Shown here one piece after another: positions 1-32,669 of a DNA stretch of 64,000 nucleotides (its first letter is position 1; every line of letters starts with the position of its first letter). The notes beneath the pieces were generated by a model that ran no database searches, was not told the origin of the DNA, and worked only from the letters and a program-made list of their open reading frames with translations. Location: positions 1,924,001-1,988,000 of the forward strand of contig NC_087245.1 of assembly GCF_037042905.1 (NCBI RefSeq). The letters are read 5' to 3'. This DNA is from Lytechinus pictus (Eukaryota). Both the position numbers and the translations under genes were made by a program.

Positions 1-998
1 CGATGATAAGTAACGAACCTGTACGTCATTCTTTCGTCGAGACATGGATAACGATCTGAATTTCATTTTACTACAGTATAGACTAGAACACACACGCTGT
101 GAGAGAATAAACAACCGGTCATTTCACTTTGCCTTTGGTAATCTGATTGGTTTAATCATTTTCGACCAGCTAAATATATCCAATGTTTGCCTTTGAAATT
201 ATCAGATATATATCTTACTGTTTGATGTGGATCCTTGACGTTAATTAAGTGTTCCTAAAAGGGACTCATGGTGTGACATTTGTTTTACTTAATGAATGCA
301 TTATTTTATTTCTGATGCCTATTATGGTCCATTATCTGGTAATTTTATCGAGAGAGTGATAGTCTAAGCCAACCAAACTCTGAGGCGATAGTTAAATTTG
401 CTGACCTACATTCAATCAATGCACCTACCCACACGCTTAACATGCCCCATCCCCTTTCCTTCCACTCCCCCCCCCCCTAGTCTCTCTATCTCTCTCATTG
501 GTTAGTTACAAGGGGAGAAGTAGACCTCTTATGATATTCTCCGTTTATTAAGCTTGTTGCCTGATTATAATAATTACGTTTCATAAGTTATAGATAAGCC
601 TTCGAAGAGCTAAATAATTATTCATCAGAGAGTATGAATGTTCGCATCTAACGACAATGCATTCAATTGCACACTTTACACCCATTTTGAGTGCAGGTAA
701 CATCTGAGTGCATGGGTAAGACTGAGAGAATGAATTTCTGATGTGTACTGTCTGATAGTCTTGATAAATGACATAACATCTCCGTGCAGACAGATCTGTT
801 ATCCTGGGCTCAGTATCACAGAGCCGATTCATATCAACAGTTTGATTGAAAATCATTCACCGCATTGGCTCGTATATCTATGATCACGTGATTACCAACC
901 TAAGGCGCCATTCTGTTCCGTTCTCATATTTTGAATGGACATATATATGAGGCATTTTTTAGGTTGCTTCTATATCATTAAGCTTTTTCAATGTTTAA

Positions 999-1583
999 AG
1001 GAGAATGAAACCTTTGGAACAAGATAGCTTGTGTGAAAACAGACAAATCAAAGAAACAGCTCAACGAAAGTTTGAGAAAAATCGGACAAATAATGAGAAA
1101 GTTAGGAGCATTTTAATATTGCGATCACTAATGCAATGGAGATCCTCAAATTGGTAATGCGACAAAGATGTGTGATGTCACTTGTGAACAACTCTCTCCA
1201 TTACTTTAGTATATATTTCACTTAAATTGCCTCTTTTATCACATCTATCAGTAGATCATGAGTTCTTTCTATAGGAGGGCATGTAATACAGATTTTTAAA
1301 GAATACATCATGGATAAAGAGTTTGCATCACCACAAGAAAAAGCAGAGAGAGACATTTTGAGGGTATTTTGTAGTCCATCAAAGGGAAAGTTGTTCACAT
1401 GTGACATCACACATCCTTGTCGCATTGCCAATTGGAGGATCTCCATAGCATTAGTGATTGCAATATTAAAATGCTCATAACTTTTTCATTATTTGTCCGA
1501 TTTTTCTCAAACTTTCTTTGTTCTTATTCTTTGATTTTTCTGTTTCAACACAAGCCTACTTATACCAAAGGTTTCATTCCCCT
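999..1583. mobile_element. non-autonomous DNA transposon, TTAA target (Kolobok-like MITE)
   Basis: TTAA|aggagaatgaaacctttgg ... ccaaaggtttcattcccct|TTAA with about 200-bp imperfect inverted arms. Confidence 0.88.
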
Positions 1584-1962
1584 TTAATGTTTTAATGTTA
1601 AAAACCATTCTATATAAAATTGTATGAATGTCATGATACTAAGATTTCACATACATATTACAAACAGATAGGAATACATGTGAACTTTAAAGGAATATTT
1701 CCGAATACACACATCTGTCTTTCTCTTTTCTTCTATTTCCCCTCTATTCTTCTCTTACCCCTTTCTCTGTATTTATTTTACCAGAATCTCTCCCATGCAC
1801 AAACACATGCACACACGTCAACTGTGCACATAATATCAGGCATACAAGGTCCTTGCATGTAAATATCGTATTAATAATATCTGTTTATTATTTATGTAAG
1901 TCAATGCCCGATTTGTAATTGACTTCGTTTTCTTTTTTTGTTTATTTCGCTATTACGTTTTA

Positions 1963-2179
1963 GGCCACTACCCTAGTCAAGCACTGCTTATGGTAGCGGT
2001 CTCTTATGATATTGCAAACTTATACTATCTATATACATTTTATGCCAATTAATTACTATTTGTAGTTATTTTTGTAAAAAGAAATGTATCACTATTTTTT
2101 TTTATGTTGTACACTATGTTTGTTAATAATTTCTGTTGGAAAAATGCTGAAATAAAATAAAATCAAATAAAATCAAATA
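1963..2179 (+). mobile_element. L2/CR1-group LINE 3'-end fragment
   Basis: Hairpin ggccactacc...caagcactgctt..ggtagcggtc, then T-rich UTR, AATAAA and an aaatc/aaat repeat tail. Confidence 0.55.
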
Positions 2180-3948
2180 CCCTATTCCCAATTTTACCAT
2201 TCATTTCGTTTACTGTTTAATGTAAATATTCTAAAGTTATATTGATTAAACTTTTTTTATTTTCTTCTATGGTGTTCTTTATACTTATAATGTAATTTTA
2301 GCTATAGCTATATTTGACCATTTTACGCGATATGTATCCCAGATAGATCTATCATTAACGCATTTACCAAATTACAATATTCTTCAAAGAAGCAAATATG
2401 ATATCTGACGAAGCATGTTTCCCTTTCCTAGCTGACAATGAACCAAGTGTTTCAAGCTGTCAAACTGGTAATCGATTGGAAGAAAAGCTCCGCTGGAGCA
2501 AACAATAATAATATGTCATTTTGAATTGTACGAATAAAAAATCATTTGACAGTTTCTTGATAAAAATCAGACTTAGTTTACTATGAAAAGCGGGTCACTC
2601 AATATTCTGTAGCCAAACAGACAGGTGTATTTTCTCACAGGTTTGATGGTAACCTGGCGTGGATTTTTTAATGAAAGATGTCACCTCAGTACCTCAGTCT
2701 TTTTTATTAAATAGGTCTTGAAGATGGAATCAGTGAATTGGGCTTCTTGAGTGGTGATTTAAAGTCTTTTTATACAAAAGATGCAACGACTGCATCGATT
2801 TCCATAGAGGATATGAACACACAAAATATAATATGTACTTTTATTTGTTTAATGAAAATATCTATATAATACTAATATTTTTAAAAAAAAGTTCTTGCGT
2901 ATATCATATGGTGATATAAATCCTCTATGTACTTCCAAAGGACTTGGATTTTATTATAGACTTTGTTTTTTATGATAGCAATAATAATAATGATAGCAAT
3001 AACAACAATCATTATCATAATGGAATTGATTATGATAATAATCTCTATGAGTCTATATTATTCCTGGTATTTCCCTATGTGCTATTTAACTAAAATCGTG
3101 CTATTCAAAGAACTTATTCGCCAAACTCATATCTGCGTACAATGTTCTGAGAAGAATATCGACTCGCATTCCTTGTACATTTATACTTCTACTTTTTTTC
3201 TTTCGTTTTTTATGTCAGCCAGTATAGGAGGCAATTTTATTCATGTTCTCGATTGTTCTTCTCCTTGATAATGGATTAGGCTATGAATCTCTTAAATTGT
3301 CAATCCTAAAGAGATATTCCTTCATAATGTGAATGAAGTATAGGGATAAATCCTCACAGGGTTCTATAATATCATCAAAGTTTGATGTGAATTACTATTC
3401 AAATTGGGAATGAAACTTGCGATAATTAGAAATGAACTATAAGAACACGTGTATGTAATCACGCTTATTACTGTTCGATTGGAGATTGAATTATCACATC
3501 CCATTATAAAATGACGGAGTCATACCAACTTTGCTAATGGAAATTTAAAAAAGATCATGTTATTGTAAGTTGCATTGTATTGGCTCTGAAATGTAAAACG
3601 CCTAAGGAAATGTATATGTTACTCTAAGCAATGGAGATGAAATAAAACCGTGTACTCCTACCAGTCATCTTGTATTTTCTTTAACTCTTACTCTCCAACC
3701 AAACACATTGTTTCATAGGAATTTCTTTGTATCTGAGTGTGGGTATGTGTGGGGGTGTGTGTGGGGGTGTATTCATGTCATTGCATTATAATAAATTGTT
3801 GGTATCTATGTTTACGTGATATTTAGCTCTGCTCGAAATCTTATTATCCAACACATATCATGTGTATCGAATAAGATTTTTTTATTCATCTTCTTCTTTA
3901 TTAAACATTGATTTATTTTCATTTTTTTATTTGTATGTTTCTTTACAG

Positions 3949-22858
<18,910 letters not shown>

Positions 22859-23382
22859 ACTTATTCCTTATCGACAATACAGTACCTAGGGAAAATACTT
22901 TCATCAAATCATTCCTTGCTCACTCATGACTTCAATTTTATGTTCCACAAATCTTCATTTATGTACCTCGACTTTAATCTACGCAAAAGAGACAGTGTCG
23001 TTTCATACATTTTGATGTGTTTTGCTCTGCGAGAAATCGTATGAAATATAAAATATTATAAGACTTGTTGATTTTTCAAGAGGTTTTGCACATTTTTACA
23101 TTGTTTTCTATACCGAGTAGATAGATATTTTGTAATGAAATCATATTGAGACATTTATGATGTTATTGCATCATTGTACTAATTGCGTTTAAATGTTCGA
23201 GGCTGAAGCTTCAATAGTTATAACAGCATTACTCTTTATATCGCACAACATCGTATTCCGTGCACTAACATTTGTTATGTGGCGTTTCAAATCGTTTACT
23301 AGGGTTACTTTATTCAATGTGATATACAAATTTACCAACCTTGTGCATTCTCTCCACAAAAAAACATCATTCATTATCTTCA

Positions 23383-24222
23383 TTTTTGTCTCACCTGCAT
23401 AGCAGAGTGTGACTATAGGCGCCGCTTTTCCGACTGCGGCGGCGACGGCGGTGTCAACATCAAATCTTAACCGAAGGTTAAGTTTTTGAAATGACAGCAT
23501 ATCTTCGAAAGTGTATGTACCTAGTTCATGAAACTTAAACATAAGGTTAATCAAGTATTACTAAAAATCCTGCCAGAGTTTCAGGTCACATGACCAAGGT
23601 CAAAGGTCATTTATGGTCAATGAACTTTGGCTACGTTGGGGGTATTTATTGAATTTCCATCATAACTTCGAAAGTTTATGGATCTGATTCATAAAACTTT
23701 GACATAAGAGTAATCAAGTATCACTGGACATCCTGTGCAGGCTTTAAGTCACATGACCAAGGTCAAAGGTCAATGAACTTTGGCCATGTTGGGGGAATTG
23801 TTGAATAACCATCATAACTCCGAAAGCGTTCGAATCTAGTTCATACAACTTGATCATAAGAGTAATCAAGTATCACTGAACATCTCATGCGAGTTTCAGG
23901 TCACATGACCAAAGTCAAAGGTTATTTAAGGTCAATTAACTTTGGCCATTTTGGAGGTAACTCTTAGATTGCTGTCATAACTTCCAAAGTTTATAGATAT
24001 AGTTTATAAAATGTGGAAATATGGGTAATCAAGTATCACTGATTAGTCTTAGGTCGCATGTTCCAGGTCAACTGTCATTCATTGTCATTGAACATATTAT
24101 TGTATCATTATATGAACTGTGTTTTTGTGAATAATTATGTTATAGTAGTTTTCAAAGTCAGCACTGCTGCTATATTGAATCGCGTGATGCAGGTGAGACT
24201 GCCAGAGGTGCTCCACTTGTTT
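23383..24222 (+). mobile_element. non-autonomous Helentron/Helitron2-type element (HINE/DINE-1-like)
   Basis: T-run start, subterminal inverted repeats gtctcacctgcat (23388-23400) / atgcaggtgagac (24187-24199), (GGC)-rich tract after the 5' end, about four internal 115-125-bp tandem units, ends cttgttt, no TSD. Confidence 0.75.
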
Positions 24223-24528
24223 AGGGTTAACAGGCAATAGCTAGAGTATGTAGACTGGAATCCACTTTTCTTAAAGTCCATTCTCTTTGTTCATGTAGCA
24301 GATTATCAAAATGATGAAATCATAGACCTATGCATCTGAAGTCAGTTTATAGTGAACAAGTACATTATATCAAACAAGAACTTGCTTACAACACCGAATG
24401 TGAGGCAAAGCTTGTGTTTGGATTAATGTCAGTTCGATGTTGATTTATCAATGACGTCTATAGTATAGTTATTTTTAATCTGTATAGTCGGTTCACACCA
24501 ATAACAATATGGAGCTTACGTTTCACAT

Positions 24529-24667
24529 GGGGAGCGTTTCATCGATATTTTCGTCTGACAAATTGTCAGATCTGACATATTTCATTGATTTTGATTGGCT
24601 GAGAAGCACAGTTCCTATGGCAACTGTCGGATAATACGTCTGCCAAGTCATTTCATGAAATCCTCCA
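24529..24667. mobile_element. short MITE (PIF/Harbinger-like)
   Basis: ggggagcgtttcat ... atgaaatcctcca imperfect TIR. Confidence 0.55.
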
Positions 24668-25120
24668 CTGAAGTCAAAATAGCGCCATCACAGTTGTCGC
24701 TCAGCATATTTGGAGAACGGTTTTGAAATTATTGGTGACTGGAGATGGACTAGCGCATAAATAGATAAATATGAAAAAATAAATGAACGAATCGATAAAC
24801 GAATGAAAAATAAACTGTCAAGAAGGTACCGCGGAATGAATGAAATGTCTAAAGCTCACTACTTGACCCAACATAATGTTTTCCAAATTTCAATGAAATC
24901 ACTTTAAAAAAATGAAAGATTTAAACTGTAACTCTTCTTCTTCTTTTTCTTTTTCTTCTTTTTCTTCTTCCTCTTCTTATTCTTCATCATCTGCTTATTC
25001 GTTTCTCGTTTAGCAGTATACTTTTCAAGATACACGTCTTTCTTGCAATTTAAAAAAGAGACCCTGCAAACATCTTGAAAAATATGGAATGTTGATGAAA
25101 TGAGATGTGCGTGAACTAGA

Positions 25121-25323
25121 GGATCCATGACATTTGCTCCGGCGACAATTGCTCCGATGGAAAATCTGCACGTAAAGTCTAACATAATAATAACCTAATC
25201 TCCGAAAATAAATAAACCCTTATCCTTATCTTTACATTATTCTGAGATAAAAATTATATTGCAATCCTAATTCTAACCGTATGCCTGCTGAGAAAAAAAG
25301 GCTAGAGCAAATGTCGTGTCACC
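25121..25323. mobile_element. unclassified MITE, same family as 58634-58815
   Basis: ggatccatgacatttgctcc ... gagcaaatgtcgtgtcacc imperfect TIR; taacc-like internal repeats. Confidence 0.7.
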
Positions 25324-26261
25324 GAACTGGTTCTGGTAGGTCGTGGTATTTATCGCTTCTTCGTCGCTCAGGGAGAAATTCGGGTATACATTGAATGAAC
25401 AAATTTTAATTTTGAAAAAAAAGTAGTGGAGTTGTTACATATTGTACCAGCCTTTCATATATGTTTTCCTTCGAATTTTCTTCATATACATCTTATTGAA
25501 AGTTGGTACTAACTTTGAACAGTATACTCAGTGTATTTACATTATATCACTCTCAACGTATCAGTTAGGCTTATTTTCACATAAACGTAATTCATTAAGT
25601 TCAGCAGTAAATTTAACTGTTTTATCTATAACTTATTTTGGATAATGATCGCGTGTGTAAGGATAGCTCAATGTGAATAAATTACATCTGAAATAAAGAT
25701 AGTCCCATCCCTTCTTACTCCATGTCAATATATTACGTATTAAAAGTTATGACGTAATATTTAAGGCGCTGGCCATCAAGAAGCGAGGAGTCTGATATTA
25801 AAGCAAAGTATTTTCCAAAATACAGTTCAGTCTTTTTTTTTAAGAAAGTGAAATGTACATCCGAACAACAATGACCCAAATCACAAAATTGAAACTGTTG
25901 GGTAAGCTAAAGCATGTTCCAAGGATGTATAAGACTTATACCGGTAGATTTATAAATGACAAATAACAAATAGAAGTAGTGCATGGAGTACACAATTACG
26001 AGACGCAAATGAGTATACTTATGTATTTATTGTTTAAGGATTCAGCAGCACAGACGTCATATAAGGAAACAGAGGATTCAACATGAGAATAAACTGAGTC
26101 AGGAAATATAATTTGTATTTACTTTATTCATGTTAAGAGGGACGGCAAAACTACATTTGATGTGTAAGGTTGAGGGTTCATACAATGGATTTTGACAATA
26201 TTTTTGAGGGTTTACGTTTCACACAATGTCGACGCGGTCCTTTGCATTTTTTACATTAATT

Positions 26262-26505
26262 ATTCATTCATTCATTCATTTATTTATTCATTTTTCCAAC
26301 AAAATTTATAATGCAATAATTACAATAAATAAAATATAACAGCAGAAAATATAAATGACATAAATATTCAAATGAACCAACTATAAAGAATATACACCTG
26401 GTATAGAAGATTATGTTTCCAATTTGATAATAACAATATGCAAGATATGTTGGGAAAATGGAGTGGCCCACTGAAAAGCAAAGCTTGTAAAGTGTGGACC
26501 ACTCA
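26262..26505 (-). mobile_element. L2/CR1-group LINE 3'-end fragment
   Basis: On -: hairpin gagtggtccac..ttacaagctttgctttt.cagtgggccactc, UTR, AATAAA and (GAAT)n tail. Confidence 0.7.
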
Positions 26506-26950
26506 AGAAGAAAAAAAGTATAACACTTAAATCTATAATAAATAATTATTATCATCTGTACGATCGCTATGTACCTCAACATCATCGTCATCATCATCAC
26601 TATTATCATCACCAATAGCAGCATCACGCCACACTACAATCATAGCAGCAACAGCATTATTATCATTACGATAGCTACATGTATCAATAACATCAATAAA
26701 CCAGATTCATTCAAATTCATCATTGGTGACGATCCCGGGGATACGGGGTAGCGTATATGATATGTGATAATCACATTTTGTGCAGGAGGGCCAAGAGGAA
26801 AGGGTTGCTTCAACCCCCCCCCCCCCCCTAAATAGGCCAAAATCTCACGAATTCATCACCTACAGTATGAATATGCCTATTATTATCATCATCCTCATCA
26901 TCACCTCCGCGGTGCACCGGTGCAACCGCCACCACCATCATCATCACCCG

Positions 26951-27079
26951 GGTCCCGTAACACAAAGATTAGCGATTAATCTTACGCTTGATATTCAAGA
27001 TTGATATTACATTGTAGTCAATGCAATCAATCGTAGAAAAATGTTCTACGATCATGGCTAAGCTTTGTGTTACGGGCCC
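26951..27079. mobile_element. short MITE (PIF/Harbinger-like)
   Basis: ggtcccgtaacacaaagattagc ... gctaagctttgtgttacgggccc TIR. Confidence 0.8.
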
Positions 27080-30014
27080 GTGATCACTAAAAACATCAAA
27101 TAATACCATTTCGAACAACGCGAATTATAGAATAATCTAAATCTAAAATTCCCTTTAGACCTATGTCATGGCCGTTAGTCACAATAAATTATCTACACGA
27201 ATGAATAAAGTTAATAATTTGCAGCTCTTCGTCATGCTCAAAAATCATCTTATGTTACAACCTGGAGAAGTTAATGATGAAATGAAATATATCAATATTA
27301 ATACTTAAATTCACTTGATTTATTTTGCTGAGCAGATTAAAGTGAAATTATAAGATGAGGAGTATGTATATATCCCTTATATTCAATTAAGTGAATAAAT
27401 ATGACCGGAGAGCAGTTAATGTGACGTTCAGGTTTGTTGAAATAAATACAGATGAAGGCTTGACGAAAGATCACAGAAAGACAGATTTTTAATTCCAGAT
27501 TTTCTCCAATAACCTTGTACGAAATGCCACTGATTATAATTAAATGCACAAGTATTATCAATTTCTTTTGGGGGAGAAGATTGCATTTTATTTCACACAC
27601 GCATGTCAAAAGAGGGTTCTGCTCGCATTGTGACGTCACAAAATTAGTTCTTTAAGCTCTGTATATATTCTTCATGACTTTATGTCGGGGCGAATATCCC
27701 AGTTAAGATTGCCTTAACATCGATGTTCATTAAATATATTTCCATAAATACTTCCTTATAGGTTTGTATATTCAAAGTAGCTTTTGGCACTCTGCCATAT
27801 TGACGCTCCATGTAAAATAATAGATTTATTCATTTATCAGATGAACATGATAATTCCTCCTCGTAATTGAAATTATGGTTAGTCTACAATTGCTTGTCCT
27901 ATTTTAAAATATTATAGTTTGAAGCCTTCCTTGTGAATTATCAAGCGACTAACATGTTTGATACCAATGAAATATATAAGTTAAATTATCTGATCAAGTA
28001 GAGACCGTTCGTGTGTCGTTTATCCTCAACCTATGTTCTGTTGTTATACGTTATTTCACATTCTCATATCAGTGTCATTGAGGTATATTTTTTGCGGTTT
28101 GTTTTCAATTTGTTTCGATTGATGGACGCACGAAAAATACTTATGACTTTGATTAAGAGTAACGAGTAGATAGTATATATGCCTTGAGTTAAAAGGGGGA
28201 AAACGCTATAAGAGTGAATTCAGGACTAATATAGATAAAAGTATGTTTTGATTCTCACTCATTCTTGGATTGACAAGAACGAACAATCACTCGAAAAGGA
28301 TATTAAATTTTGATGAATATTTGATTGAAAATGAAAGACGTTCACTCATAGGCCTATATAAGCCACTCTCGGATAGAATACTGCTCATTTGAATATGTAT
28401 CTGTATAATATGTATTTGAAACCGAAATGCAAGTTTTAGTGTGTGATTTCATGGAGATAGAGAAATATCAATGATATTATACTACCCCCTGAAAGGAAGA
28501 AATAAAAGTTATAGTATAGGGAAAGTATGAATATCTCTGTTTAGGAAATGTTATATTCGTCATAGGATTCCTTATGTTCCTTAATCTCTTTTACCTGTGA
28601 AGATATTAAGCTATTTGGCCAGGGAGTGAATCTCTTCCCAATATTTCCTTTCCGTATCATCTTTACTTATTTAATAATATCGTAGATACTCTTATGAATC
28701 CTTAACCTTAAAAGAGCAAATTTTCCGTTTGTAGATTCTCATATAGCGCAGAATTGTGAACCACCCCGTCCCCCCCCCCCTCCCCCTTACCCCCACCTCT
28801 GTCATTTCCAATTCATTATCAGGTCTAATTGCAGGACGTATACCAAATCTTTAAAAACATTTAAAAGCAATTACTCCTTTCTAAAAAATACCCCATTTTA
28901 ACGAAATTGTTAATAAAATAATTTAGCAGGAGTGCTGCTACCGACCTCTAACTCTTTGCACGCTGAATTAATTTGGGGGGATAATAATGACAATTATTCC
29001 ATGTTATTTTGCAAATAAAGGAGTGTAAATGCATTAACCGCCCATTGTTAGTTTTCAATAGAAACAAGAGTAATTTCTTATAATAACGTTGAAGTTTTTA
29101 TTCATGGATTTGTTCACCCATCCACGACACGATTGGAATGCGAGGATACATTTCGCAGAAAATGTCTGATCTTCATTTTTATCAATATATTCAAATTGAC
29201 CATTATTACTTGTTAAAAGATGCATTTTCCATTGAGCTCATTTGATACCCAAAAAAAAAAATTTAAAAAACAAATAGCAACAGAATTAAATAAAACTAAA
29301 TTGAATTTCATTAATTAAAACATAAAATAAAATAATAATTTGTAAAATAAAATAAATTGAAAAGTATCAGACGAGATGTGAGCGGATCAAAGGATAAACC
29401 ATAACATTGATAATACTTGATTAAACACCAGAAACAAATAATTATTTGCTAAAATTTTGGATCGCTGACACCCAAACATTACAAAAAAAATTACCCTTGT
29501 GTATGAAAAGATGGCATTTTTGCATTTTGGGTGTGCTCAGGACGCAATGGATCAATTTTATTTCACACAGAAATTCATCAATGAATGTAATATAACTGTC
29601 CAGTCAAATTATTCTGCTAAGAACTGTTTTTGTTTTATTCTAAATTTGTGGTATTTTTATAAGGGGGAGGTACTTTTTATTGTTGTTATTGTTGTTGAAT
29701 GTTATGCGGTCTATCGTTCGTGGGGCTATTCTATCGATAAACGGCTTCCATGGATATTTACCAATATTGACAGTATTTATTTCTTCGTCTCAAAATGATG
29801 TCTTGTAAGATATTGTATATTCGTCATGATATTTGGATGATTATATTCTTCTCTACAGATTGTGAATAATTTATGCATGATAAATATTATAAGAGTATGT
29901 AAATGTAATGCTGTATAAAGGCTGATTTATGACGACTGTATAGATCTGCTTGTATTGCCTATTTGTACGTGTATAGTATTTGGATAATAAAATGGCATAT
30001 GCTGTTCCTTTTCA

Positions 30015-30128
30015 CATGATTACTGTCAGTGTTATTAATGTTTCTGTCAATCATGATTACTGTCAGTGTTATTTATGTTTCTGTCAATCATGATTACTGT
30101 CAGTGTTATTTATGTTTCTGTCAATCAT
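30015..30128. repeat. 37-bp tandem repeat, 3 copies
   Basis: catgattactgtcagtgttattwatgtttctgtcaat x3. Confidence 0.92.
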
Positions 30129-30827
30129 CATAATCATAGTTTGTGAGTTCATTTCATCTGCAACTACGTAATACTACATACTATTGTACTGAAAAAATAC
30201 TTTGCAAAAAAAAATGGTTTGTATTCCCGCTCTTGCTCTGAACATCGTAATTGTTTAGACTTGATAATAGGTGTTAAAAGGGACCATCGGGCAATTTTTT
30301 TAAAAGGAAACTTTGCGTTAGCCATATGGCAGATTTAAACAAATCATTCCAAAAACACTTTGTTCATGTTCGACTCTGCTGAGAGAGACGGGCACAAATG
30401 TAAAGATATAACGTCGAATTGTCCACCAAATAACATATTAAAATACATTGGAGGCAATTTACTCATATTTTCAACTAAACAATCAGAAGACATACAATAT
30501 GCCGGTCCCGATACCAACCATATACAACCATGTAAGATGAGACATTGTTTACACAGACGAACGCTAATAGTATCAGGATTTACCTATCATTGACATATCT
30601 ATACTTCCGGTGTATTTGATTAGCGACGGTCATTTTCATAGTGTTTATACTTATAAAATTCATTATTTTCATAGATATCGTTTAGTCGCGTGACCAGGAA
30701 ATCACTGAAGGAAACTGTTGCCAATTGTACTTGAAATATTGTTCTACTTTTATGAGCAGAGTAAACGTAACTTTTGATTTGCGCCAAAGTAAGGCATGAG
30801 TGCAATTGATGTATCCAGATGTCAATG

Positions 30828-31537
30828 ATGGGCCTACATAGATTTTTATTTTTTTATTGATATTAATGATTATGGCTGCGTCAGTATTTACTCTTAATTA
30901 CATAATCATGACCTCAATTTCGATTATTTACAAAACTCAATCATAAATACAATAATCTTACAAGGGTTGCATTTACATCACAGTAAATAATACCCCCTGA
31001 TTGACTAAGCCTAACACATACCATACGAATATGGAATGAAATTATTTGGGAGAACATACTCTTTTAGGCCATATATAATAGAAATGTGTTCATGGCAGGG
31101 TTGTACGAAAAATTTTCAAGATATTAAACAATTAATGGATTCATAATTGTGGTGGTCATTGTAACGTGCAGATTGTCTAGACAGAAAAAGGCATAATAAG
31201 CATACAATAAAAATAATAAGCATAACGAATATAGTAAGCATATTTTTATTACTAACCGGTTATTTACAGACTATTCCATTGATGGATTGATTATAGTAAA
31301 AAACATTATTAACTCTCCTTCAACAAGTAATAACTTGATCTTAGACATCTTTTAAAAAATAAAATAACAAGGGTTCATTCTCACCTCCCTTTATCCCTTA
31401 TTTGTTTCATAATGGGCCTACATAGATTTTTATTTTTTATTGATATTGATGATTATGGCTGCGTCAGTATTTACTGTTAATTACATAATCATGACCTCAA
31501 TTACGATTATTTACAAAACTCAATCATAAATACAATA
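30828..31537. repeat. about 126-bp direct duplication (30828-30954 and 31412-31537)
   Basis: Near-identical copies from atgggcctacatagatttt to caatcataaatacaata. Confidence 0.92.
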
Positions 31538-31813
31538 GACAAATGACCTACCAATGGAAAGCTTAGAATCTCCTATTTCATCTGAAGTTAATTAGATTAT
31601 TCCTCATTCACGCATGAGTGAGCAAAAACAATTTGAAGAAAGGATACCAAAAACACATTTGGCGGGGGATATCTGAATTTCAAGAAGAAATTGATATGCC
31701 TAAAAAGTTCAATATCTGCTCTTTCATTTGATACCTTAATCACAGAAAATGGTCAAGAAGTAAAAAAGTTCTGTTCACTAGAAACAATACTTGTATTTCC
31801 ATACTTTCATTAA

Positions 31814-32669
31814 AGGTTAAGTCCACCCCAGTAAAATATTGATGTGAATAAATAGAGAAAAATCTAACTAGCATAACACTAGATAAGATAAGATAAGATA
31901 AGATATTTATTCGTCTTTCTTTCTGCACATACATTTTATCTTACAAGTGTGATTTCACATTCTACAAATGAAAATCAATTAACCATAAATCATTGTTACA
32001 GTAGAAAAAAAGAAACACAGCAAATAACTAATTACGTATTGAGAGAAAGACAAGGAGAACAAAGCAAGGCTTGTAAGGCTAGGGTCTCCTTTGTTTCAAG
32101 TACATGACTGTATAGTATTCAGTGTGTACACTGAAAATTTCATCAAAATCGGTTGTAAAATAAGAAAGTTATGGCATTTTAATGTTTCGCTTATTTTTCA
32201 CAAAACAGTGATATGCACAACTCTGTAACATGCAAATGAGTCAGTCAATGATGTCCATCACTCACTATTTCTTTTTTTTTATAGTTTGAATTATACAATA
32301 TTTCTTCTTTTTTTTTCAGATTTAACCACAGGGACGGACTTGAATAAATCATATAGTATTAAACAATGCTAATTCCAAATGTTCAGGGAGGAATTAATCA
32401 CTGTTCACTTGACAATGAGGAGAAAATTAGGATATTTCATATTTCATATAATAAAATACAAAAGAAATAGTGAGTGGATGACGTCATCAGTCTCCTCATT
32501 TGCATACCAACCAGGATGTGCATATAACTGTTTTGTGAAATTAAGCGAAACTTTAAAATGTCATAACTTTCTTATTTTACAACCGATTTTGATGAAATTT
32601 TCACTGTTATGCTTGTTGGATTTTTCTCTTTTTATTCAAATCAATTTTTTATTAGGGTGGACTTGTCCT
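31814..32669. mobile_element. TTAA-target (Kolobok-like) MITE nested in the Tc1-like MITE
   Basis: TTAA|aggttaagtccaccc ... gggtggacttgtcct|TTAA with long imperfect inverted arms. Confidence 0.88.
31881..32127 (-). mobile_element. L2/CR1-group LINE 3' fragment inserted in the left arm of the TTAA MITE
   Basis: (TCTTA)n tail on - at 31881-31905; hairpin ggaga..ttacaagccttgcttt..tctcc; flanked by ACACT direct repeats; interrupts the arm whose mirror image is intact. Confidence 0.75.

Noticed and set aside
1..3948. First coding exon of KCNH (PAS-cap, expected to contain an APQNTF-like motif)
   Set aside because: Not found by eye; probably upstream of the window
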